Assembly: GCA_002269645.1 (NCBI GenBank) | Contig: NIVC01002532.1 | Location: 1 to 64,000 of the forward strand | Reading direction: 5' to 3' | Origin: Macrostomum lignano | Taxonomy: Eukaryota | DNA length: 64,000 nucleotides | Shown here: piece by piece, positions 37,203 through 48,838 of the stretch | Layout of the letters: each line of letters opens with the position of its first letter | How positions within the stretch are numbered: the first letter of the stretch is position 1 | Made by a program: the position numbers and the translations under genes | Notes under the pieces: model-generated | The model's input: the letters and a program-made list of their open reading frames with translations, nothing else | Database searches by the model: none | Told to the model about the DNA's origin: nothing

Positions 37203-37235
37203 AACCTTGGGAATCACTTGGCCGTTTCTATTGGC

Positions 37236-37297
<62 letters not shown>

Positions 37298-37396
37298 TGT
37301 CCCTATTGGCTGAGAGCAGTCATGTGACTACTATTCCATCCAATAGCAACCTACATGTGTGTTGCCAATAGAAATGGCCAGGTGAATCCCTAGGTT
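37203..37396. mobile_element. MITE-like element with ~41-bp terminal inverted repeats enclosing a (CA)n microsatellite
   Basis: Left AACCTTGGGAATCACTTGGCCGTTTCTATTGGCAACACACA versus reverse complement of right AACCTAGGGATTCACCTGGCCATTTCTATTGGCAACACACA. (CA)n at ~37237-37292. Confidence 0.7.
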
Positions 37397-37421
37397 GTGC
37401 CCAAGCATGAGGGAGGATTGC

Positions 37422-37813
37422 TTTCACAAGCTCGAAATTTCACAAACTCAAAAACCATTTTAGCAGCCACTTTCACAGACCCGAAACTTCATAAGCTCGA
37501 AATTTCATATCCTCGAAAATTTTAGCAGGCAACTTCATAAGCTACTTTCATAAGTAGGCAATTTCATATCCTCAAAAATTTTAGAAGCTGGCTTCACAAG
37601 CTTAAAATTTCACAACTTCGAAAATCATTTTAGCAGCTTTTGAAGTTGCCTGGTAAAATTTTTGAGGATATCAAATTTCAAGCTTGTGAAATTTTGAGCT
37701 TATGAAGTCGGCTGCTAAAATTTTTCAAGGTTGTGAAATTTTGAGCTTATGAAGTTTTGGCTTTGTGAAAGGAAGTGCTTTTTGAGGACTTGTGAAATTT
37801 TGAGCTTGTGAAG
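37422..37813. mobile_element. Foldback-like element made of internally repeated inverted arms
   Basis: Left arm repeats CTTCACAAGCTCGAAATTTCACAA; right arm repeats its reverse complement TTGTGAAATTTTGAGCTTGTGAAG. Confidence 0.65.
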
Positions 37814-37917
37814 TGACCCAAGTATGATAAGCATAGGATATCCCCTAGGCCTATCCTTACCTTAACCTTAGGCTTATTAAACATTACTTAATAGCCAAGA
37901 TAGACCTAGGCCTAAAA

Positions 37918-38147
37918 CAGGGGTTGGCAACCTCTGGCCCACAGGCCAGATCTGGCCTGTAAAGACTTTCTCTGGCCCACGAATTTCTTCTATCTTCATT
38001 ATTACAATCTGGCCCAGACCTTTATTGTAACTTTATTAGGTAAAGACTTAGAGGCAAAATAATGGGGGGGGGGGGGCAACCTGTGGCCTATAGTCTTAAA
38101 CTAAAAACCTATCTGGCCTTTAAGTAGAAAAAGGTTTCTAACCCCTA
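37918..38147. mobile_element. Degenerate hAT-type (Charlie/MER58-like terminus) MITE
   Basis: Starts CAGGGGTTGGCAACCTCTGGCCCACAGGCCAGATCTGGCCTG, a CpG-decayed form of the familiar CAGGGGTCGGCAAAC..CGGCCCGCGGGCC..ATCCGGCCCG terminus. Ends AGGTTTCTAACCCCTA. TSD not clean. Confidence 0.6.
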
Positions 38148-39948
38148 TCTAGTCTAAAATGAAAGGTAGTTTTTTCTATAAGTAAATAGCTTTATAATAT
38201 AATTGATTTTTAATTATTGCAATTAATTTGAAAAAAGCAAATATAAACTAGAAAGAAAAAAAACTACTTTGTTATAAAAAAACTAGAAACTAACAATTAA
38301 AAAATAAGGTTTCTATGTTACATTTTTAAAATAGAAAAACAATTAGTAAATTCTAATAAATATAAAAAATAATACAAAGGTATTAAAATGCAAAACTAAT
38401 ATAATTTTGACTAATCTTTTGTTTTTAATTTTTAGATATATACCTCAAATTTTAAGGAATTCTCATTGTTTTGATTTTTTCAAAATGTTAGGGCCTAGTC
38501 TAGCTTAGCCTTTATTGTGCTAGGCCTGTTTTACTTATATTGAAACTTAGATTTAAATTACACCTATTCTATCAATAAATAAAAAATGATAAAAAATAAA
38601 AATGAAAAACAAAAATGGACAGAAAAAATGGATAGGGCCTAGGCCCAAAAATTATTTAAAAAATTAAGAATTCAAGCACTAAGTGTCTATCAATATCACT
38701 TTTGATAAGTTTTTTACATTGCATTAGGCCTAGGCATTGTCAGGCTCTTAGTCTTCATATGCCTACTAGTCTTACTTAAAAAAGTTAGCTATTATAGTTT
38801 ATTTGTTTATTTATACATATTCAAATTTAGGCCTTACTAGTAACAATTTTAATTAAGATGAAAATGGGTCAATAAAAGTAGGCCCTAAAATATTTATAAA
38901 AAGTGAAAACCTAGTTTTTGGACAAAAGTGATCACAGTGCCTAATAATACTAACAAAAATTTTTTTTAAAAATGTTGAAAATTGAATATAAAATATGCTA
39001 AAAAAGTTTTGTAGACCTAACTTTTTTATTACTTAACCAATTTTCAAAGGTGAGCCAGACATTAGACCTACCCTGGCAGGTTTAGGCTTTATCATCAAAA
39101 ATATTAAACAAGGCTTAAACAGAGACAACAGTTGTGGACTAGCTAGGCCAACGCCTAACTGCTAACTCTAATGAAAAAATAGACAAGAATAAATATAAAA
39201 TTAATTTGATTGTCCTGCAGAATTGTTTGTTAAACTCACTGTATGCACATTTCTAGCTATTGAAATGAAACTTTCCAAAAATGAATATTGTCCTTATGCC
39301 AACATTTTAGAAGTGTTTAAGATTTGTCTCATCTGTCTAGGTCCTATTTATGTGTATTATAGTATAGGAATAGGCCTAGTCATGATAAGACGTAAGAGTG
39401 AGATAGAGGAAAGAAGTAAAAAATAAATTAAATTTCCTTAGTAAATATGAGTAAGTTAAGGCAGCATCTTCACTGGGGGAGACTTTGTCTTAGGGTCATG
39501 ACCTTTTGATACGCTTTGGTTAAAACTTAAAAGTGGTCAAAAAGTGCTACCGACCTGCGTGAAAACCCAAAATATTAGGAAAACTTGATTTATTTCCGGC
39601 TTGTTGATAAGTAAACAAAAGGCGGTGTATAGTGCGCTTCTGATCATTTTCATTTTGACAATCATAATTTAGTATTGTATTTTTTATTTTTTGTTTTATA
39701 ATTATGGCAGAACGCTGTTTTGTATGTTAAAGCAGTAATTCAACTTATCGTTTTTTAGTAATTTTCGCGGGGAAATTGAGATTCGACTCGGCAGTGGGCA
39801 GGCAGGCTTCATCATCGCTATCACTTGCCTAAGCCATTATAATAATCCTCAGGCGGTTGTAGTATTGGTAATGTTTTAACAAATATCCGCTTGTTAAACT
39901 GCGTAAATTAAGCTTTTCGTCGACTAAAAAACTTCCATTTTCGTGGCA

Positions 39949-42900
39949 ATGGCGATGATGATAGGGGGGAATACACTTTTCCCACCTAATTTAAACTCTG
40001 CTGGCGGCGTCGCTGCCGCTGCGCCTGTATCCCAGGCACCAGCAGCAGACTTTGTAACTTCATTTGGAGGCACAGTATACTGTAAGTATTTATTGTGTTA
40101 AAAACGATTCACCATGGACAAGTTTTTATACACAAGTTTTTAAAAATTAAAGTTACTTGACAGACTGTTTAGTGTACTGTTTAGTAATACTGTAATAATA
40201 GTTCTTGTGAGGTTAAGATTTAGTTAGTTTACTCTTAAGACTAGGTTTTTGCTATTGTGATTTTTTGGTTTGATTATGATATAATATATAATATTGTATT
40301 TAATAGCTATTCAGGCAATCCTGAAGTTTCCCACATTTAATTATTTTACGCATTTTTATGCACATTTCAGCCACAGAAAAATGAAATCTCTTGCAATCAT
40401 ACTATCTAATAATGCAAAATAGGCTAGGCTAAGCCTTACAAACAGGCCCTACTTTGTTTGTAATTAGAGTAAATTGTATTTTTAGTTTTATCAGATTAAT
40501 AGTAGGCCTAAGTTTTGTCTAGTTGCAGTTTAACTTAACATGATCTTGACTTAAATTTTTATAATTTTTTAAATAAGTTAGCCTAGTCTAGCCTAAGTTA
40601 CCTAACATTGCTTATTGGTATTGGTATAAATGTATCAAACTCCAGATCATATTGTATATGCCCTAAGGGTGTGCATTTGCCTTGTATGCCAAAAGTAGGC
40701 ATGCACAGTTGGCCTATATTACTATTAAGAAAATAGTATGCATATGAATCTACAAGGGCTGCTTAATAAGTTTGTGGAAAATCCCATTTCTGCTCATCCA
40801 ATTTGCCCAAAATTTTACCTGCATAAGCATTAACCTAATGACATTTCTCAACATAATTTCCAGCCAATTCCATAAATTTTTTTCATGTGATGAAACCAAG
40901 CTTTAAAACAATGTCTCAATTCCAGCTGTGAGACACTTTCCAGCTCAGTTCTCAGCACATTTTCTAGCTCTTGATGGCAGCCAAATCATTTTCCCTTCAA
41001 GTTCTTCTTGATCATGTGGTAGCAGTGTCAGCTGAGTCAACTGGAAAAACTGCTGGGTCATCTTGGCAGGTGCATTGTTGTGATTCAGTAGAATCCTGCA
41101 TTCTCTCATCTTTGGATGCTGCTAAGCAAGACTTTTGAGCACTTGCGGCAGACAAATGGTTGAATACCATTCACCAGTCACTGTGGCACAATCCTCGAGC
41201 AGCACGGGTGGTAGGATGCTGCATCATCTGAAGAAAACCACTGCTATGACTTTCCCAATGCTTCACTTGAGACAAAACTTGATAGGTGCATCCTCATCTC
41301 TTGCAATCCACTGCTAGCTCTGCTCTTTGGTTTCTTGGTCATAAAAGTAAACCCAGGTTTCATTACCAGTGATGATGTTATCCACCAAATTTAAAGCTCC
41401 TGTATCAAACTTTTTGAGCAAGTTTGAGAACTCAACCCGAGCCCATATGATCTAGTTTGGGTCCAGGTGGTGGGGGACCCAGCATGCGGACACCTTCCTC
41501 ATGCCAAGGTGATTGTGCAAGATGGAAATGATGCTTAAATCCAAAATCCCCACACTTTTCTTGAGCTCTTGAACTATTATGTGTCTATCCTCGTCTAGTA
41601 GCCTCCAGACTGGCTACAGTTGTGTTAGTAATGGCCACATTTAGATGACCTTCTTGGTCATTGTTGTCCAGAGACATGGAGCTGCAGCAAAAGCAAGCAA
41701 ACCATTTGTGGACCATTGTCAGAGATGAGGCTTCATTGCCAAGGGCTGCTTGAAGTGTCTGTATGCACTTGGAAGCAGACTGGCTAAGACAAAATTAGAC
41801 AAGAATTACGACTCACCTATTTTGATCAGTGAGACTCAGCATAACCTGCAGAGTTTCACTGCTTCTTTGGCCACTGCATTGCAGCATTTTAGCCAATCAA
41901 GCTGAAATTTTGCATAGCTGTTATGAACATGTGGGAAAGTATTGTGTTAAATTTTGTGAGAATTGGGCAAAGGGAAATGGGATTTTCTACAAACTTATTA
42001 AGTAGCCCTCATAGTATATACCTTATAGAATCATGCCAAAGAGTTAGTGTTAAATGGAAAAAAGAAAAAAATTTTTTTAAGCATAAATTCCAAGTTTTAC
42101 AGTTTTTTAAGCTTGTAATTAGGCATTTGAACAAATTTTTGTATAAATAGATTTTGTGCTATAAATAGTATAGGCAAAAAGCAAAAAAAACCTAATTATT
42201 AGGCAAAAAGGTCCCCTATGCAACCCAAAAGGTCATTTATTGTTGCAACACTGGTGTAGATTTGAGAGTCTGAGTGTGTACTCAAATTTTTTTTGGCATA
42301 TATTTATAATTATTCATTTTTTGTTTGGGTGTGTATTAAGCATAATCTGAAATATGGTAAATGCAGTCTCTCAGTTTAAATTATTCTTCATAGAATTATG
42401 TAGTATTATATTAGAATTGTGAATTATTTATGAATTATAAATTATATAGAATTAGCATCACAGTTAAACAAAGTGTCCATTAGCCAGTACTTGGCTAGCC
42501 ACTACATGGCCATAGTACCAAGTAATGCATCCCATAGTTCAGGTGATATCCATAGTTCAGAATACTCTGTATATACCCTGGAAAAAGATGGCCATTTTTG
42601 GTGTAAATTTTTGGGTTTAACTAAATCTAGCATTGTGTTGCAGCTGAAATGAGTGCAAATTTAAGCAAAAAATTAAATGATGACTAAAACCATATGCAAG
42701 GTAATATCCTGTTTACATGTTTAACACCATTGTAAATTAATTTTATCCTCTTTTTCATAATCATAAACTTCTTTTTTAACTAAAACAAAGTGGCAACATT
42801 GTAACTAAAATAAAATTTTTATTTGTAAATTAAAAACTTTTGAATACAAATTCTGCTGCAATTGCCCTGGCAAAAATTGATGACTTACTATAACTGTTAC

Positions 42901-45900
42901 TATCATAGAATGTATCTCTGCTTTTTATTCAATAAGCATTTTAAAGTCAATTTTTCAATCTCGTAATGGCCTAAAATTTATTGGCATATTATTAGTGGCT
43001 TGGGTGTCAATAATGTATTTTAGAGCCAAAATAATCCCTTTAGCACAATGCAACTCTTGTTCCCCAAACTGCTACTCCCAGTGCCTCCTGGCGGCTCCCA
43101 GCAGCAGCAGCCACCACCGCTGGCACTGCCTGGCGGCAGCTTCAATCCGCAGGCACCACCGCCTCAGAGCTCCGGTGGCGCCTCATCCACGGGCGGCGCT
43201 GGCGGTGGTGGCAGCTCCGGGCCCGGCTCCGCCTTCGGCGGCGGCAGCGACTCGGGCGGCGGCGGTGGTGGAGGCGGCGACCAGCTGTCGCCTGTCATCG
43301 TCTTCCAGCCGCCAATGCGACCGGGCCGCGGCCAGGAGGGACGGCCAATCATGTTGCGGGCCAACCACTTCGAGATCCGCCTGCCCAAGGGATTCCTGCA
43401 CCACTACGATGTGGCCATAACGCCCGACAAGTGTCCGCGCCGGGTGAACCGGGAGATCATTGACATCATGGTGAACTCCATGCACCACCAGAACTTGTTC
43501 TTCAACCAGCGGCCGGTGTTTGATGGCAGGAAAAACTTGTACACCAGGTGAGACCCTTATCTTATCTGCTATTCGAGGCAAGGGGGCTGTGCGCACCCTG
43601 GTGCACTTTAAGTGACATTGTCACACAACCGGCGATAGACATTACTGCCCTTGCGCAGACTTCCCTGAGCAGTCACACACTCACAGCGGCCCTAACTCTA
43701 TTTATCCTTTGGCGTACACTTCACTGTGCCTTGGGGTTGGCCCTCAAGTACGATAGTTGCACGAGCAGTTGCAAGCCGAGATTCCAATGTAGCCCCAAAT
43801 AATGTGACTGCATTTGGAGTCAGGCCTGGGCCACTCGCACACCAGAGCCTGCGCTAGACCGCTGGGCTACGGCCCCACTTAATCTTACTGTTAGTGACCC
43901 ACTACTTGGCCAGTAGGTAGCTATGCTCAGTCCGCTGGCTGACCCCTTAGCACGCACACATTTGCGCACATGGCACACGCCCACATAGGGCGCACAGCGG
44001 CCAGGCTTTCTCGTTGCCAGACAGCCTTAGGGGTTTGGCCCTCATCGGCGAGAATTGCACACGCTCAGTATAAATTTCCTTCATGAATCAAAGGCCTAAA
44101 TATAATTTGGTCGCGCATAAGAATAACACCAACCTTGACACGAGAGCCAGACTCAATAACCACTTGTTTACAAACATGCTTATTTTGTTTTAAAACAGAG
44201 GGTAAAGGAGGGAGCTGCAAGTTTAGATAAAAACTATTTAGTGGACTTGTGTGCATTCAGTGTTGGGTTATCAAAGCCTTGGCATTTCTTCTGCCGCACT
44301 GCATGCACTGTGATTCAGCTGAGTCTCGTAAAACTGGCCCGCCCCCGCAGAGACCCGCTACCGTTTGGCACCGACCGACGCGAGCTGGAGGTGACCCTGC
44401 CCGGCGAGGGCGGCCGCGACCGCGTCTTCAAAGTGTCATTAAAATACCTGGGCGAGGTGTCGTTGTTTGCACTGGAGGAGGCCCTTGAAGGCCGCAGGCG
44501 GGGCATCCCGATGGACGCGGTGAACGCGCTGGACGTGATCATGCGGCACCTGCCCAGCCTGCACTACACGCCCGTGGGCCGATCCTTCTTCCAGCCGCCG
44601 CAGGCTGGCAGCGAGCACCCGCTGGGCAGCGGCCGGGAGGTCTGGTTCGGCTTCCACCAGAGCGTCCGGCCCAGCCACTGGAAGATGATGCTCAACATCG
44701 ACGTGTCCGCCACCGCCTTCTACAAGGCGCAGAGCGTCTGCGATTTCCTGCGCGACGTGCTGGACTCGCACGACCTGGAGGAGTACAGCAAGAAACCGCT
44801 GAGCGACTCGAACCGGGTGAAGTTCACCAAAGAGATCAAGGGCCTGAAGATTGAGATCACTCACGGCGGCCAGATGAGGCGCAAATACCGAGTTTGCAAT
44901 GTCACCCGGAAGCCCGCCAGCGCTCAGACATTTCCGCTGCAGATGGAGAACGGCCAGACTCTGGACTGCACAGTGGCCAAGTACTTTGCTGAGCGGTACC
45001 GGATGCGGCTGCGCTACCCCATGCTGCCTTGTCTGCAGGTAATGACCGGGTGAAGGGTTTCCTGTGCGCTGCAGACTGGTATGAAGGGTTTCTTGTGCGC
45101 TACATACTGGGATGAAGGGTTTCCTGTGCGCTACGGACTGGGATGAAGGGTTTCCTGTGCGCTACGGACTGGGGTGAAGGGTTTCCTATGCGCTGCAGAC
45201 TGGGGTGAAGGGTTTCCAGACTGGGTCCAGGATGCAGTAAGCACTCATTCATCCTTGTAGACAAGCAGTGAGCAGCAAGCCACAAATTTGTTGCCAAGCC
45301 GTCACCGTGAACTGTTTCTCGCCCCATTCCCTGTCTGCAGGTGGGCCAGGAGAACAAGCACACCTACCTGCCACTGGAGGTGTGCAACATAGTCAGCGGC
45401 CAGCGCTGCATCAAGAAGCTGACGGACTCGCAGACATCAACCATGATCAAGGCCACTGCCCGATCCGCCCCCGATCGCGAGCGCGAGATCAACAACCTGG
45501 TGCGCAATGCGAACTTCAACCACGACAGCCACCTGCAGACATTCGGCATTCAGGTTTGTCACCGTGGCATGCTTACGAGGAGCACCGGCCGGTGTTGCCT
45601 GCATTCTGGCTGTTTCTAAGCAATTTTCTGGCTTGTGTTTCTTTTTTTGTCGGATAATCTGCTTTGACGCAGGTGGACGCTGAGCGGCGGCAATTTTCGA
45701 TGCGGCAGCCTTAGTGTTTAATGCCTGCATGTAGATTGCAGGCTGGAAGATTTCACTTCCCAACCTCAGTCAGCTCTACATGGGGCTATTTTTTATACTC
45801 GAGCGCACCTGCTGGTGCCCATTTTCACCCTGAGCCTGTTTTCTTTGCTGATTTTCCAAATTGCTGTGAAATGGCGAGACTGCTGCTCGCTTCTTGTGGG

Positions 45901-48714
45901 AAACAGCGGCAGTGCTCCGGCCCCCTTACCTCTGCTTTAATCCGCCTCAGCCTATGCTTTACGAGCTTATCGTGTCAGCATTTAATGATCTGCAAAGGCG
46001 ATTTTAGCCGGAGCTCAGAGCATTGATGCAGCGACTCAGAACTACAAAGCTTGAGCTCAGAGCATTGATGCAGCGACTCAGAACCACAAAGCTTGAGCTC
46101 AGAGCATTGATGCAGCGACTCAGAACTACAAAGCTTGAGCTCAGAGCATTGATGCAGCGACTCAGAACCACAAAGCTTGAGCTCAGAGCATTGATGCAGC
46201 GACTCAGAACTACAAAGCTTGAGCTCAGAGCATTGATGCAGCGACTCAGAACCACAAAGCTTGAGCTCAGAGCATTGATGCAGCGACTCAGAACTACAAA
46301 GCTTGAGCTCAGAGCATTGATGCAGCGACTCAGAACCACAAAACTTGACCTCAGAGCATTGATGCAGCGACTCAGAACCACAAAGCTTGAGCTCAGTGCA
46401 TTGATGCAGCGACTCAGAACCACAAAGCTTGAGCTCAGACAGAGTATTGATGTAGCGACTCAGAACTACAAAGCTTGAGCTCAGAGCATTGATGCAGCGA
46501 CTCAGAACCACAAAGCTTGAGCTCAGAGCATTGATGTAGCGACTCAGAACTACAAAGCTTGAGCTCAGAGCATTGATGCAGCGACTCAGAACCACAAAAC
46601 TTGAGCTCAGAGCATTGATGCAGCGACTCAGAACCACAAAGCTTGAGCTCAGTGCATTGATGCAGCGACTCAGAACCACAAAGCTTGAGCTCAGACAGAG
46701 TATTGATGTAGCGACTCAGAACCACAAAGCTTGAGCTCAGAGCATTGATGCAGCGACTCAAAACCTAGTAAATGTTCTTAGTACATGTATAGCCCGCAGT
46801 AAGGCTGCTGCCAGATCTTAAAGTACATTTACCCCGCCACTCCGCAGGTCCAGACCCGCATGGCGGAGATCGGCGGCCGTGTGCTGCCTGCCCCGAAGAT
46901 CCAGTACGGCGGGCGCACCCGGGCCCAGGCGGTGCCGCAGCAGGGAGTCTGGGACATGCGCGGCAAGCAGTTCTTCGCCGGCATTGAGATCAAGGTGTGG
47001 GCCATCGCCTGCTTCGCTCCACAGCGCACCGTGCGGGAGGACATGCTGCGTCAGTTCACCCAGCAACTGCAGCGGATTTCGCAGGACGCCGGCATGCTGA
47101 TCAGCGGCCAGCCCTGCTTCTGCAAGTACGCCAACGGCCAGGACCAGGTGGAGCCGATGTTCCGCTATCTCAAGAACACTTTTGCTGGCCTGCAGCTCAT
47201 TGTGGTGGTGCTGCCTGGCAAAACACCGGTAAGTGCTCAAGGCCTGCTGATAACTAATGCTCAAGGCCTGCTGATAACTAATGCTCAAGGCCTGCTGATA
47301 ACTAATGCTCAAAGCCTGCTGATAACTAATGCTCAAGGCCTGCTGATAACTAATGCTCAAAGCCTGCTGATACCTGATGCTTGAGACCAACCGCACCACC
47401 TACAGGTGTACGCCGAAGTGAAGCGAGTGGGCGACATCCTGTTCGGCCTGGCCACCCAGTGCGTGCAGGCCAAGAACGTGAACAAAACCTCGCCACAGAC
47501 GCTCAGCAATCTCTGCCTGAAGATCAACGTGAAGCTGGGCGGCATCAACTCCATCCTGGTGCCTGGCATGCGGCCGCCCGTGTTCCGCGAGCCCATCATA
47601 TTCATGGGCGGTGACGTGACCCACCCGCCCGCCGGAGACCGCGCCAAGCCGTCCATCGCCGCCGTGGTGGCCAGCATGGACGCCCACCCCAGCCGGTACG
47701 CGGCCACGGTTCGAGTCCAGGCCCACAGGGAGGAGAAAATCACCGAGCTGTGCGCCATGGTGCGGGAGCTGCTGCTGCACTTCTACCGCAGCACCCGATT
47801 CAAGCCGACTCGCATTGTGTACTACCGGGATGGGGTCAGCGAGGGCCAGTTCATGGCGGTGCAGTCCCACGAGCTGCGCGCCATCCGGGAGGCCTGCACC
47901 CGCCTGGAGATGGGCTACCAGCCCGGCATCACCTTCGTGGTGGTGCAGAAGCGGCACCACACCCGCCTGTTCTGCGCCGACACCGCCGACCGCATGGGCC
48001 GCAGCGGCAACATTCCGGCTGGCACAGCCGTGGACCAGACCATCACCCACCCGACTGAGTTCGACTTCTACCTGTGCAGCCATGCCGGCATTCAGGTAGG
48101 CCCTCAGTGCCTGGTGTACTCGCCTTGTACACAGCTGAATAGGGGCTCAAAGCCTCACCCCGCAGGTAGCCACCATGAGACAGGTGGCAAGTTAGGCTGA
48201 GCCCCCAGTTCCCAGGATAGCAGCTCTGAGTTGCGGTAGAAATACAGGGTAGGAGTTGCGAGTCTCGGCACATTCCAAAGGCTAGATGTACTCAGCCTTC
48301 AGATATTGAGTCCTCAACACCCTGGGCTGCAGCTCCCTGTCAATCTTGTTGTTTCCACGGCAATAAAGACGATCCCTAACCTCCGCACCCGTCCTGCAGG
48401 GCACCAGCAGGCCATCGCACTACCACGTGCTGTGGGATGACAACCGATTCTCGGCTGACGAGCTGCAGGTGCTGACCTACCAGCTGTGCCACACCTATGT
48501 CCGCTGCACCCGCTCCGTCAGCATCCCCGCCCCCGCCTACTATGCCCACCTGGTGGCCTTCCGGGCCCGCTACCACCTGGTGGAGAAGGAGATCGACTCC
48601 GGCGAGGGCTCCCAGAAGAGCGGCAGCAACTCGGACGAGCGGAACAACCCGGCCGCTATGCTGAGGGCCGTCACCGTCCACCCCGAGTCCATGCGGGTCA
48701 TGTACTTTGCCTGA
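39949..48714 (+). CDS. AGO: Argonaute, AGO clade (miRNA/siRNA type), ~961 aa, 7 exons, catalytic DEDH tetrad intact
   Basis: Exons 39949-40081 (putative), 43082-43547, 44351-45038, 45341-45553, 46848-47228, 47406-48095, 48400-48714; all phase-compatible. Motifs [46 protein letters not shown] (D), HREEKI (E), YRDGVSEG (D), PAYYAHL (H), terminal MYFA. Confidence 0.95.
40753..42011 (-). mobile_element. Full-length (~1.26 kb) degenerate mariner transposon with transposase pseudogene, in the putative AGO intron 1
   Basis: TIRs TA-CAAGGGCTGCTTAATAAGTTTGTGGAAAATCCCATTT and, on the other strand, TA-TGAGGGCTACTTAATAAGTTTGTAGAAAATCCCATTT; TA flanks. Minus-strand translation gives [15 protein letters not shown] (WVPHEL motif), [27 protein letters not shown] and LLNHNNAPA, with several in-frame stops. 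Confidence 0.9.
43575..43876 (-). mobile_element. Second copy of the tRNA-derived SINE, in AGO intron 2
   Basis: Collinear with 16412-16757 (GAGGCA.GGGG..GTG.GCACCCTGG ... ACCGCTGGGCTACGGCCCC), lacking a ~45-bp internal segment. Confidence 0.8.
45048..45220. repeat. 31-bp minisatellite (~5 units) in AGO intron 3
   Basis: Unit GGGTGAAGGGTTTCCTGTGCGCTGCAGACTG. Confidence 0.85.
46011..46760. repeat. 42-bp minisatellite (~18 units) in AGO intron 4
   Basis: Unit GAGCTCAGAGCATTGATGCAGCGACTCAGAACTACAAAGCTT. Confidence 0.95.
47234..47375. repeat. 24-bp minisatellite (6 units) filling AGO intron 5
   Basis: Unit TGCTCAAGGCCTGCTGATAACTAA. Confidence 0.9.
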
Positions 48715-48838
48715 CCCCGCAGGTCATGTACTTTGCCTGACCCCGCAGGTCATGTACTTTGCCTGACCCCGCAGGTCATGTACTTTGCCTGACCCCGCAG
48801 GTCATGTACTTTGCCTGACCCCGCAGGTCATGTACTTT
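48696..48838 (+). repeat. 26-bp tandem duplication (5.5 units) of the AGO C-terminal codons and stop
   Basis: Unit GGTCATGTACTTTGCCTGACCCCGCA starts at 48696, 48722, 48748, 48774, 48800; partial at 48826. Confidence 0.95.

Noticed and set aside
38160-40700. Frequent TAGGCCTA/CCTAGG motifs suggesting RIP-like CpA-to-TpA hypermutation
   Set aside because: Cannot be tested without a consensus to compare against, and such motifs are common in AT-rich invertebrate DNA. Only the CpG decay in the mariner is supported.
47229-47405. AGO intron 5 is 177 nt (multiple of 3) and reads AQGLLITN repeats in frame, suggesting intron retention
   Set aside because: An in-frame TGA at 47382-47384 would truncate before the PIWI domain; splice sites are canonical.
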